Below are positions 35,543-43,514 of a DNA stretch of 64,000 nucleotides, in pieces (the stretch's first letter is position 1; every line of letters starts with the position of its first letter). This stretch comes from Thermoanaerobaculia bacterium (lineage in GTDB: Bacteria > Acidobacteriota > Thermoanaerobaculia > UBA5066). The stretch spans positions 20,614 to 84,613 of the forward strand of contig JBBRRY010000014.1 in NCBI GenBank assembly GCA_038245905.1. The letters are read 5' to 3'. The position numbers were made by a program, and so were the translations under genes. A model generated the notes under the pieces. The model made no database searches. It saw only the letters and a list, made by a program, of their open reading frames with translations, and was not told where the DNA came from.

Positions 35543-36550
35543 TCAGAGCCTCGAGAGGACCGACCGTGTGAACGTGTTCGTGGTCGCGGTTCCGCCGACG
35601 TCCCGTGTCCGGGCCGACCCTTCCTCGAGGGCGGCGAAGAGGGCTTTCTCGACGCGCGAGGCCGTTGCCTCGTCCTTGAGGTGGCGGAGCATCATCACGG
35701 CCGAGAGGAGGAGCGCGGTCGGGTTCGCGATCCCCTTGCCGGCGATGTCGGGGGCGGAACCGTGCACCGACTCGAAGATGGCGCATGTCTCGCCGAGATT
35801 GGCGCCCGGCGTCACGCCGAGGCCGCCCACGAGGCCGGACGCAAGGTCACTCACGATGTCGCCGTAGAGGTTGTCGAGGACGAGAACGTCGAACTGCTTG
35901 GGGTTCATGACGAGCTTCATGCAGGCGGCGTCGACGATGACGTCGTTCACCACGATGTCCGGGTAGCCGGCTGCGACGTTGCGGCAGGAGTCTAGGAAGA
36001 GCCCGTCCGAGAGCTTCATGATGTTCGCCTTGTGGACGATCGTCACCATTCGCCGCCCGTGCGCCCGGGCGAACTCGAACGCGAAGCGTGCGATGCGGGT
36101 GGACGCCTTCTCGGTGATGATCTTGATGGACTCCACGACGCCGGGCACGACGACGTGCTCGATGCCCGAGTAGAGGCTCTCGGTGTTCTCCCGGACGACG
36201 ACGAGGTCGAGGTCGCCGTAGCGCGCGGGGACGCCGGGCACGTTCTTTACCGGCCGGAGGTTCGCGTAAAGATCGAGCGCCTGCCGAAGCGTCACGTTCA
36301 CGCTCTTGAAGCCCTTGCCGATCGGGGTCCCGACAGGGCCCTTCAGGCAGACCTTCGTGCGCTGGATGGAGGCGAGCGTCGCCGGAGGGAGCGGCATTCC
36401 GGCGACCTTGATGCTCTCTTCGCCGGCGTCATGGCGCTCCCAGGCGAGGTTGGCGCCGGCCGCGTCGAGGATGGCCGTCACGGACGCGGTGATCTCGGGG
36501 CCGATTCCGTCGCCGGGAAGAAGGGTCACGGTGCGGGGGGAGGAGGTCAC
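35543..36550 (-). CDS. Isocitrate/isopropylmalate dehydrogenase family (NAD-IDH type)
   Basis: PGDGIGPEI, SVNV.LR, RENTE, HKANIMK.SDG, NLYGDI.SD, HGSAPDIAGK. Confidence 0.93.
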   Translation of the reverse strand: MTSSPRTVTLLPGDGIGPEITASVTAILDAAGANLAWERHDAGEESIKVAGMPLPPATLASIQRTKVCLKGPVGTPIGKGFKSVNVTLRQALDLYANLRPVKNVPGVPARYGDLDLVVVRENTESLYSGIEHVVVPGVVESIKIITEKASTRIARFAFEFARAHGRRMVTIVHKANIMKLSDGLFLDSCRNVAAGYPDIVVNDVIVDAACMKLVMNPKQFDVLVLDNLYGDIVSDLASGLVGGLGVTPGANLGETCAIFESVHGSAPDIAGKGIANPTALLLSAVMMLRHLKDEATASRVEKALFAALEEGSARTRDVGGTATTNTFTRSVLSRL

Positions 36551-36555
36551 GTTCT

Positions 36556-37830
36556 TCAGGCCTTTCGTGCGTCGGCCGGCGCCGGGGAAAGGGCCGGGAC
36601 GCGGAGGACGCGGATGCGCTCGATCGCGCGAGGCGACGCGCGCTCAACGAGAAACTCGAGATCGCCTTCTCGGGTCCTGGCTCCGGCTCGCGGGATGCGG
36701 CCGAACTTGCGGAGCAGGAAGCCGGCGACCGTCTCGTCGTCGGAGTCGCCGAACGAGGCTCCGAGGTCCCGTTCGAGCGAGGCCAGAGGATACGCTCCTT
36801 CGAAGAGGAGCGAGGTCCCGTCGTGCTCGGGCTTTCCGGCGGGTTCGTCGTGCTCGTCGAAAATGTCGCCCACGATCTGCTCGATCAGGTCCTCCAGCGT
36901 GACGAGGCCGGCCACGGCGCCGCTCTCGTCGACGACGACCGCCATGTGAAAGCGGTGGCGCCGCATCTCGCGGAAGAGATCCTCCGAGCGCTTGAGCTCG
37001 GGCACGAAGATCGCCGGGCGGAGATAGCGGCTGAGCTCGAACGCCTTCTCCTCGGAGTCCGAGACGTCGAACAGGTCCTTGACGTGGAGGATGCCGATGA
37101 TGTCGTCGGAGCTCTGACGGGTGACGGGATAGCGGCTGTACCGGTGCTCCCGGCACGCGGCCTCGACCTCGAGGAAGGTCGCGGCGACGGGCAGGACGAC
37201 GATGCGCGCGCGGGGCACCATCGCCTCCCGCACGGGAATCTGCCCGAAGGCGAGAACGGCGTGCAGAAGCTCGCTCTCCTCACGCTTGAGACCGCCATGT
37301 TGGCGCGAGAGGTCGATGACGCTCTTGACGTCGTCCCCCGTGACGTCCGCCGGCGCATCGGCGCCGAGCGGGCCCAGGATCCAGCGCGCCACCGCCGAGA
37401 GGAGGCGCGTCACGGGCGCAAGCAGGCGCACGAAGAGCTCCATCGGGCCGACGAAGAGGAGCGCCACCTGCTCGGGGCGCCGCGCGGCGATCGTCTTGGG
37501 AGTCACTTCCGCGACGACGAGGAGGAGCGCGGACGTCAGGACCGTCGCGACGAGGACGCCCCACTTCTCGCCGAGGGCGACGATGGCGAGGCCGGCCCCG
37601 AGCGAACCCGCGGCTGCGTTTGCCAGCGTGCTACCGACGAGAAGAGTTCCGATCGTGCGCGGCAGATCGTCCCGCAGCCGCTCGAGCCGCGCGGCCTTTC
37701 TCTCCCCGGAAGTCCGGAGCCGGAAAACGGTCGCCTCGGAGAGAGACGTGATCGCGGTTTCCGCCGAAGAGAAGAACGCGGACGCCGCCGCGCAGAGGAC
37801 GTAGAGGACGATGAGAATCGTGAACGTCAT
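36556..37830 (-). CDS. CNNM/hemolysin family CBS-domain membrane protein
   Basis: SAFFSSAETA, EVTPK, YSRYPV, GLVTLEDLIEQIVGDI.DE. Confidence 0.92.
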   Translation of the reverse strand: MTFTILIVLYVLCAAASAFFSSAETAITSLSEATVFRLRTSGERKAARLERLRDDLPRTIGTLLVGSTLANAAAGSLGAGLAIVALGEKWGVLVATVLTSALLLVVAEVTPKTIAARRPEQVALLFVGPMELFVRLLAPVTRLLSAVARWILGPLGADAPADVTGDDVKSVIDLSRQHGGLKREESELLHAVLAFGQIPVREAMVPRARIVVLPVAATFLEVEAACREHRYSRYPVTRQSSDDIIGILHVKDLFDVSDSEEKAFELSRYLRPAIFVPELKRSEDLFREMRRHRFHMAVVVDESGAVAGLVTLEDLIEQIVGDIFDEHDEPAGKPEHDGTSLLFEGAYPLASLERDLGASFGDSDDETVAGFLLRKFGRIPRAGARTREGDLEFLVERASPRAIERIRVLRVPALSPAPADARKA

Positions 37831-38657
37831 CGAGTCTCTCCGGCGTCAAGCGCCCAGCCGGCGCCGCTCCGGACCACCGGAAGCGGCACGAGGGACTCTC
37901 CCTCGCACGGGCCGGCGATGCACAGTCCGCCTTCCGGGTCGAAAAGAGCTCCATGGTTCCGGCAGACGAGAAAGGCGCCGTCGGCCGTGAGCAGCGGCTC
38001 GCCGCCTCGGTCGAGCGGAATCGCCACGTGGGGGCACACGTTGCGGAAGGCGCGCGCGCCGTCCGGAGCGGCCACGAGGATCCCGGACACGGTTCCATTT
38101 CCATCGGAGCGAGGCTTGCGGAAGGCGAACGCGCGGAGAGAGGGGAGAGACTCGGAATTTTCTATGAAAGGGGAGCGGGAAGCGAACGCGCGAACGTGCT
38201 CCCGGCCTTCGTCGGACTCTGTGTCGGCGAATGTGCTGCCTGAGGACTCGTCGAGGAGGTGGCGGAGGGCCGCGGCGTCGGCAGGGGGCGTCGGCAGGAG
38301 CCGCGCTTCAGGCGCGGGCGAGAACCTCACAGCGTCGACACCGGCAGCGCGCGGCTCCCCGGCCAATCCCCCGACTCGAAGAAATAACAGCGTCACATGC
38401 TGCGATGAGCCGCCCGGAGCCGCTCCTGCGACGGTCTCGAACCTCCAGGGCTCGAGGGCGACGGGAGTCACGTCCATCTCCTCGCGCCACTCGCGGACGA
38501 GCGCGTCCTCGGGCGTCTCTCCCGGTTCCACCTTTCCGCCGGGAAACTCCCAAAGGCCGGCCCATGCGCGGCCGGCCGGCCGGCGCGCGAGGAGAAGCCG
38601 CCCCTCCCGCACGAAGACTCCAGCCACGACGAGAAGCGTTCCCGGCGCCGCGCTCAT
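37827..38657 (-). CDS. MutT-like NUDIX hydrolase fused to a Rieske 2Fe-2S domain
   Basis: WEFPGGKVEPGETPEDALVREWREE NUDIX box; C-terminal CPH...CRNHGALF..GLC..GPC; ATG overlaps the queG stop. Confidence 0.85.
   Translation of the reverse strand: MSAAPGTLLVVAGVFVREGRLLLARRPAGRAWAGLWEFPGGKVEPGETPEDALVREWREEMDVTPVALEPWRFETVAGAAPGGSSQHVTLLFLRVGGLAGEPRAAGVDAVRFSPAPEARLLPTPPADAAALRHLLDESSGSTFADTESDEGREHVRAFASRSPFIENSESLPSLRAFAFRKPRSDGNGTVSGILVAAPDGARAFRNVCPHVAIPLDRGGEPLLTADGAFLVCRNHGALFDPEGGLCIAGPCEGESLVPLPVVRSGAGWALDAGETR
38136..38386. repeat. Dispersed motif, degenerate pair in the NUDIX-Rieske gene (centres 38165/38378)
   Basis: GA tail + GGAATTTTCTATGAAAGGGGAG; weak reverse copy ACTCGAAGAAATAA. 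Confidence 0.4.
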
Positions 38658-39607
38658 CGCCGCACCGCCGCGCGCGCATTCCTCACGAGACCGTCCCGCG
38701 TCGCGCGCCAGACCGCGGAGCCGAAGAAGCGCGCGCGAAATCCCTCCTCCGAGAGCGCGAGGATCTCCGTGGGGTCGAGGGACGCGGCCCCGCCGAACGG
38801 CACGGCGCCGCGGGCCTCGTTGAAGGGACAGACGTCCTGGCAGTCGTCGCAGCCGAAGAGGCGGCCCGAGAGGGCGGCCTCTTCCTTCGCCGTGAAGGGC
38901 GTCCGCTTCTCGATCGTGAGATAGGAGAGGCACTTCCGCGCGTCGAGAACTCGCGGTTCCACGAACGCCTGCGTCGGGCAGGCGTCGAGGCACGCCGTGC
39001 ACGAACCGCAACGGTCGGCTCCCGGGTCGGCGGGCGCCGCCGTCGGAGCGAGCGCGACGTCGGTCAGGATCTCGCCGAGGACGACGTGCGAGCCGAGGCC
39101 CGGAACGATCAGGAGCCCGTTCTTCCCGATGAAACCAAGACCGGCGCGGACGGCGAGCTCGCGTTCGAGAAGCGGCGCGGTGTCGACGCACACGCGGAAG
39201 TGACTGCCCCGCGGCGCGAGCGGCCTCAAGTCTTCGACGACCTCCTTCAGGTGCCGGCGGACGACCCGATGGTAGTCCTCTCCGCGGGCGTACTGCGCCA
39301 CGTTTCCGGGACCGACGCCGGGGATCGCGCGGGCGACGGCGAGGACCGACTTCGTGAACGGAAGGATCGCGTCGAAGCGCATGCGTGCCGCGGCGTCGCG
39401 CTCGAGATACGCCATTTCCCCGTGGAACCCGTTCTCGAGCCACGCGCGGTAGCGTTCGAAAGAGAGCGGCTGGGAGGCCGCGAGGACTCCCGCGGCCGCG
39501 AAGCCGCGTGCGCGCGCCGCATCGACCGCCGCCCGTGAGAGGCCGGCGGGATCGTCCGGGACAGGCGGGGGAGGCTGGCGGGGAGCGCGCGAGGCGGCGG
39601 GCCGCAT
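38654..39607 (-). CDS. queG: Epoxyqueuosine reductase
   Basis: HGEMAYL, YARGEDYH, VDTAPLLER, GFIGKN, CGSCTACLDACPT, GCDDCQDVCPFN. Confidence 0.95.
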   Translation of the reverse strand: MRPAASRAPRQPPPPVPDDPAGLSRAAVDAARARGFAAAGVLAASQPLSFERYRAWLENGFHGEMAYLERDAAARMRFDAILPFTKSVLAVARAIPGVGPGNVAQYARGEDYHRVVRRHLKEVVEDLRPLAPRGSHFRVCVDTAPLLERELAVRAGLGFIGKNGLLIVPGLGSHVVLGEILTDVALAPTAAPADPGADRCGSCTACLDACPTQAFVEPRVLDARKCLSYLTIEKRTPFTAKEEAALSGRLFGCDDCQDVCPFNEARGAVPFGGAASLDPTEILALSEEGFRARFFGSAVWRATRDGLVRNARAAVRR

Positions 39608-39650
39608 GACACTTCAGTCTAGCAACCCATTTCGTATCATCCCCGTACCC

Positions 39651-40745
39651 ATGCCGCCACGCACGCACACGCACCCGTACGCGCTCGCGTTCGTTCTCGT
39701 CCTCGTTCTTGGAACGGGCGTCCTCTGCTTCGTCGTCCTCCGTCCCTTCATGACCGCGATCGCATGGGGCGCGATCCTCGCGGTTGCCCTCTGGCCGCTC
39801 TGGCGGCGCCTGAAGGCGCGTCTTCCCGGACGCACGACGCTCGCCGCCGCCGTCTTCTCGGTCCTGGCGGGTCTCGTCGTCCTGCTTCCGGCCGTCCTCC
39901 TCGGAAAGGCGATCGTGAATCAGGCGTCGGACGTGGTGACGAGCGTCGGAGAGAAGCTCCGCGCCCGGGAGCTACGGTCGCTCGAGGATGTGCTGGCGGT
40001 GCCGGGCGTCGGCCGAGCGATCGCGTGGGTCCAGACGCGAACCGGGCTCTCGGCCGACGAGCTCCAGACGAAGGGCGCCGAGTTCGCGGCGCGGGCGTCG
40101 GCGGTGCTCGCGGCCCAGGGCGGAACCGTCGCGCTCTCGCTGATCGAGGCGATCCTCACGTTTGTCCTCACCTTGTTCCTGCTGTTCTACCTTCTCGTCG
40201 ACGGGGAGAGCATTGCCGAGGCCGTCAGCGACCTCATCCCGATCGACGACGCCGTCCGTCACGGGATCATTCAGTCGCTCGGCGGGATGATGGAATCAAT
40301 CTTCAAGGGCTCCCTCGTGTGCGCGGTGGTTCAGGGCGCGTGCGGCGGCTTCGCCTGGCTGGTCGCGGGCTTCCCGTCGGCGATTCTCGCGGGCGTCGCG
40401 ATGGGGATCTTCTCCCTGCTCCCGATTGGCGGCACGGCGATCGTCTGGCTGCCGGGGCTCGTCGTGCTCTTCATACAGGGGCGGACCGGGATGGCGATCT
40501 TCTTCCTGCTCTGGAACGTGCTCGTGACGTCCATCCTGGCCGACAACATCCTGAAGCCGCTCCTGATCGGCGACAAGGACACGGACATGTCGACTCTGGT
40601 CGTCTTCCTGGGGGTTTTTGGCGGCATCCCGGCCTTCGGGCTCCTGGGCGTCTTCATCGGCCCGATGGCGCTTGCCGTGGGCGTGATGGTAGTTCGCGTG
40701 CTGCGCACTCTCGCACGCGAGGCGCGTGTCAGCGGATCAGCTTGA
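39651..40745 (+). CDS. AI-2E family transporter
   Basis: Multiple TM helices, DNILKP, GVFGG..FG.LG.FIGP. Confidence 0.9.
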   Translation: MPPRTHTHPYALAFVLVLVLGTGVLCFVVLRPFMTAIAWGAILAVALWPLWRRLKARLPGRTTLAAAVFSVLAGLVVLLPAVLLGKAIVNQASDVVTSVGEKLRARELRSLEDVLAVPGVGRAIAWVQTRTGLSADELQTKGAEFAARASAVLAAQGGTVALSLIEAILTFVLTLFLLFYLLVDGESIAEAVSDLIPIDDAVRHGIIQSLGGMMESIFKGSLVCAVVQGACGGFAWLVAGFPSAILAGVAMGIFSLLPIGGTAIVWLPGLVVLFIQGRTGMAIFFLLWNVLVTSILADNILKPLLIGDKDTDMSTLVVFLGVFGGIPAFGLLGVFIGPMALAVGVMVVRVLRTLAREARVSGSA

Positions 40746-40851
40746 CGATCAGCACCTGAAGGACCGCGCCTGTGGCCGCGAGCACGAGAACAAGAATGAC
40801 CCAGGGAATCAGGTGGTCGTAGCGGGCCGCCGCATCCCTCAGTTTCTGCAT
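40729..40851 (-). CDS. Small single-pass membrane protein (40 aa, MQKLRDAAARYDHLIPWVILVLVLAATGAVLQVLIVKLIR)
   Basis: SD-like GAGGAG 4 nt before ATG, GC3-biased codons, hydrophobic helix; below the ORF-track cutoff; alternative ATG at 40863. Confidence 0.6.
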   Translation of the reverse strand: MQKLRDAAARYDHLIPWVILVLVLAATGAVLQVLIVKLIR

Positions 40852-40891
40852 GAGGCTCCTCATCTTCGATCCCGCTTAATATAAGCGACGG

Positions 40892-42325
40892 ATGAGTGAC
40901 AAGCCTGAGGACGCGGCGAAACGCGACGTCGCGGCTCTCGCCGCCGATCTGGCGGGCCAGATCGCATCTCTCTCGGCGTTCGCCGGCTCGGGTCTCGCGT
41001 CACACGGGTTCAGAGGGGCACCCCTCGGTTCCACGGCGGGCGTACCTGGATACGCGGGGCCGCGGACGATGCTGGAGAACGCCGGGCGTTTCGTGTCGCC
41101 CGTGCTCCCGGCCGGAGCCGCGCTGCGCCCCCTCAAAGCTGCCCTCCTGCGCGTGCTCCGGATCGTCACGCGGGACCAGACGACGTTCAATTCCGCGCTT
41201 CTCGAGGCCCTGCGCGGGGCGCTGGTCGAGACGGAGGCGAGCCTCAGCGGTCTCGCGTCGGCGTCAAAGGAGGCGGAAGAGGCTGCGCGGCGCGCGGAGG
41301 CCGCCACGGGCGTGGCGACGGAGCGCCTGGAACGGGCGGTCGCCGACCTTTCGGCTCTCTCGGCGCGGGTCGGAAGGGAAGCCGCAGCTCGTGAGAACGC
41401 GGGCCGCGACCTCGCGGGGAGCCAGCGCCGGCTGGATGACCTCGAAAAGGACCGCGACGCGCGCTTCGAGACGCTGGCGCGGGAGAGGGAGAGAGAGTCC
41501 GAGAAGTCCGGAGAGATTCTCAGAAGGTTGGATGACGCGAGCGAAGGGCTCCGGATGCTGCGCCTCGAATGGTCCTCCCTTCGAAGCAATTTGCAGGCGA
41601 TCGCGACTGATCGAACGCCGGTCGAGCGGGCCGCCCTCGCGACGACCGGTTCGAACTTACGCCCCGAAGACCCCTTGCGAGCGGGCCTCTACGTCGACTT
41701 CGAGGAGCACTTCCGGGGCAGCGAGGCCGACATCCGCGAGCGCCAGGCGAAGGACGCGGCCCGGTTCCGGGGCGCGGTGCTTCCCGTGGCCGATCTCGGC
41801 TGCGGCCGGGGGGAGTTTCTCGAGGCGCTGAAGGCGGAAGGCGTGACGGGAATCGGCTGCGACGCGAATCCCGTCATGGCGACGCGCGCGACCGAGAAGG
41901 GTCTCACCGTCGATGCTGCGGACCTTTTCGCGTGGCTCGGCGCGCGCGGGGACGGCTCGCTCTCGGGCATCACGGCGTTCCAGGTCGTCGAGCACCTTGC
42001 TCCGGCTTCGCTGTTCGACCTCGTAGGGTTGGCCGTCCGGAAGCTCGCTCCGGGGGGCCGTGTCCTCTTCGAGAGCGTGAACCCCGAGTCCGTCTACGCG
42101 ATGCGGTGGTTCTGGATGGACCTCACGCACGTGCGGCCCGTGCCGGCCCCCGCCCTCGCGCAGCTTTTCCGGGCGTCGGGCCTCCGAGATGTCGAGGTGG
42201 ATTTTCGCTCGCCGGTGCCCGACGCGGAGGGTCTGCCCGCGGGTGTCGCGGAGGACCCGCGCTTCGCGCCGCTCGCGCGTCTCCTCTTCGCGCCGCAGGA
42301 TTACGCCGTCACCGGCGTGAAGTAG
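40892..42325 (+). CDS. Coiled-coil plus class I SAM methyltransferase (surface-glycan associated type)
   Basis: Y..FEEHFRGS, DLGCGRGEFL, AFQVVEHL, NPES, MDLTHVRP, QDYA. Confidence 0.88.
   Translation: MSDKPEDAAKRDVAALAADLAGQIASLSAFAGSGLASHGFRGAPLGSTAGVPGYAGPRTMLENAGRFVSPVLPAGAALRPLKAALLRVLRIVTRDQTTFNSALLEALRGALVETEASLSGLASASKEAEEAARRAEAATGVATERLERAVADLSALSARVGREAAARENAGRDLAGSQRRLDDLEKDRDARFETLARERERESEKSGEILRRLDDASEGLRMLRLEWSSLRSNLQAIATDRTPVERAALATTGSNLRPEDPLRAGLYVDFEEHFRGSEADIRERQAKDAARFRGAVLPVADLGCGRGEFLEALKAEGVTGIGCDANPVMATRATEKGLTVDAADLFAWLGARGDGSLSGITAFQVVEHLAPASLFDLVGLAVRKLAPGGRVLFESVNPESVYAMRWFWMDLTHVRPVPAPALAQLFRASGLRDVEVDFRSPVPDAEGLPAGVAEDPRFAPLARLLFAPQDYAVTGVK
41481..41592. repeat. 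Dispersed motif pair in the methyltransferase gene (centres 41522/41583)
   Basis: GA tail + GAGAGATTCTCAGAAGGTTGGA ... TCCTCCCTTCGAAGCAATTT; spacing 61. Confidence 0.6.
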
Positions 42326-42344
42326 GAAGGCCAAGGGGAGAGAG

Positions 42345-43382
42345 ATGGCGCGCGTCCTCGTCTGCACTGCGCAGGTGCCATTCGCCTCGGGCGGCGCCGA
42401 ACGTCACGCCGAGGGGCTCGTGCGCGAGATCGTCGCCGCAGGACACGAGGTCGAGCTCGTGCGCCTTCCGTTCAAGTGGTACCCGCGCGCGGAGATTTTG
42501 ACCTCCGCGCTCGCGTGGCGACTTCTGGATCTCTCGGAGGCCGACGGGAAGCGTGTCGATCTCGTGATCCCGCTGAAGTTCCCGTCCTATCTCGTGAGGC
42601 ACGAGAACAAGGTCGTGTGGCTGATCCATCAGTTCCGCCAGGCCTACGATCGATTTGGGACGGCAGAGAGCGACTTCACCGCCTCTCCCGAGGACACACG
42701 CTGGCGCGAGCTCATCGCCGAGACCGATCGCACGGGTCTCACGGAGGCGCGAAAGATCTTCACGAACGCCCGGAACACCGCGGACCGCCTCGCGCGCTTC
42801 AACGGGATCGAGGCCGAAGCGCTCTATCATCCGCCGCCGCTCGCGGGCCGCTACCGCACGGAGGTGGCTCAGGGCTTCGCGCTCGCCGCGGGCCGACTGG
42901 ACGCCTGGAAGCGCGTGGATCTCGCGATCGGCGCCGCGGCGGCGGGGAAGTTCCGGCTCGTGATCGCGGGCGACGGCGCCGACCGCGCGAGGCTGGAGGC
43001 GCTGGCCAGGAGGAGCGGCGCCGACGTGCGCTTCACGGGCCGCGTGTCCGACGACGAGCTCCTGCGCCTCTACGCGACGTCGAGCGTCGTGATCTTCCCC
43101 CCGGCGGACGAGGACTATGGGTACATCGCGCTCGAAGCGTTCCTTTCGAAGAAGCCCGTGGTGACGTGCACGGATTCTGGCGGCCCTCTGGAGTTCGTCG
43201 TCGACGGCGAGAACGGCCGCGTCGTCCCGCCCGACGCCGCCGCGCTCGGAGGGGCGGTCGCGGAGCTTCTTGCGAATGAGAAGAAGGCTTCGGAGCTCGG
43301 AGAAAGAGGCTTTGAAAGGGTGAGAGACATCCGGTGGGACCATGCCGTCCGGGCCCTGCTGGCGGCGGGCGGAATCGGGTGA
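42345..43382 (+). CDS. GT4 family glycosyltransferase
   Basis: PF..GGAE, KFPSY, WLIHQ.R, GRL..WKR, EDYGYIALEA, DSGGPLE. Confidence 0.92.
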   Translation: MARVLVCTAQVPFASGGAERHAEGLVREIVAAGHEVELVRLPFKWYPRAEILTSALAWRLLDLSEADGKRVDLVIPLKFPSYLVRHENKVVWLIHQFRQAYDRFGTAESDFTASPEDTRWRELIAETDRTGLTEARKIFTNARNTADRLARFNGIEAEALYHPPPLAGRYRTEVAQGFALAAGRLDAWKRVDLAIGAAAAGKFRLVIAGDGADRARLEALARRSGADVRFTGRVSDDELLRLYATSSVVIFPPADEDYGYIALEAFLSKKPVVTCTDSGGPLEFVVDGENGRVVPPDAAALGGAVAELLANEKKASELGERGFERVRDIRWDHAVRALLAAGGIG

Positions 43383-43514
43383 TCGTGAAAGCCAATGAAC
43401 GGTCGCGGCCGCTCTCTATCGGATTCATCGGTCCGCTGCCCCCCACCCGGTCCGGCATCGCCGACTACGACTCCGAAATCCTCTCTTCACTTTCTAAGCA
43501 AATCTCTCTTTCCC
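43301..43514. repeat. Dispersed motif pair spanning two GT genes (centres 43313/43495)
   Basis: AGAGGCTTTGAAAGGGTGAGAG ... CTCTCTTCACTTTCTAAGCAAATCTCTCTTTCCC; spacing 182. Confidence 0.68.
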
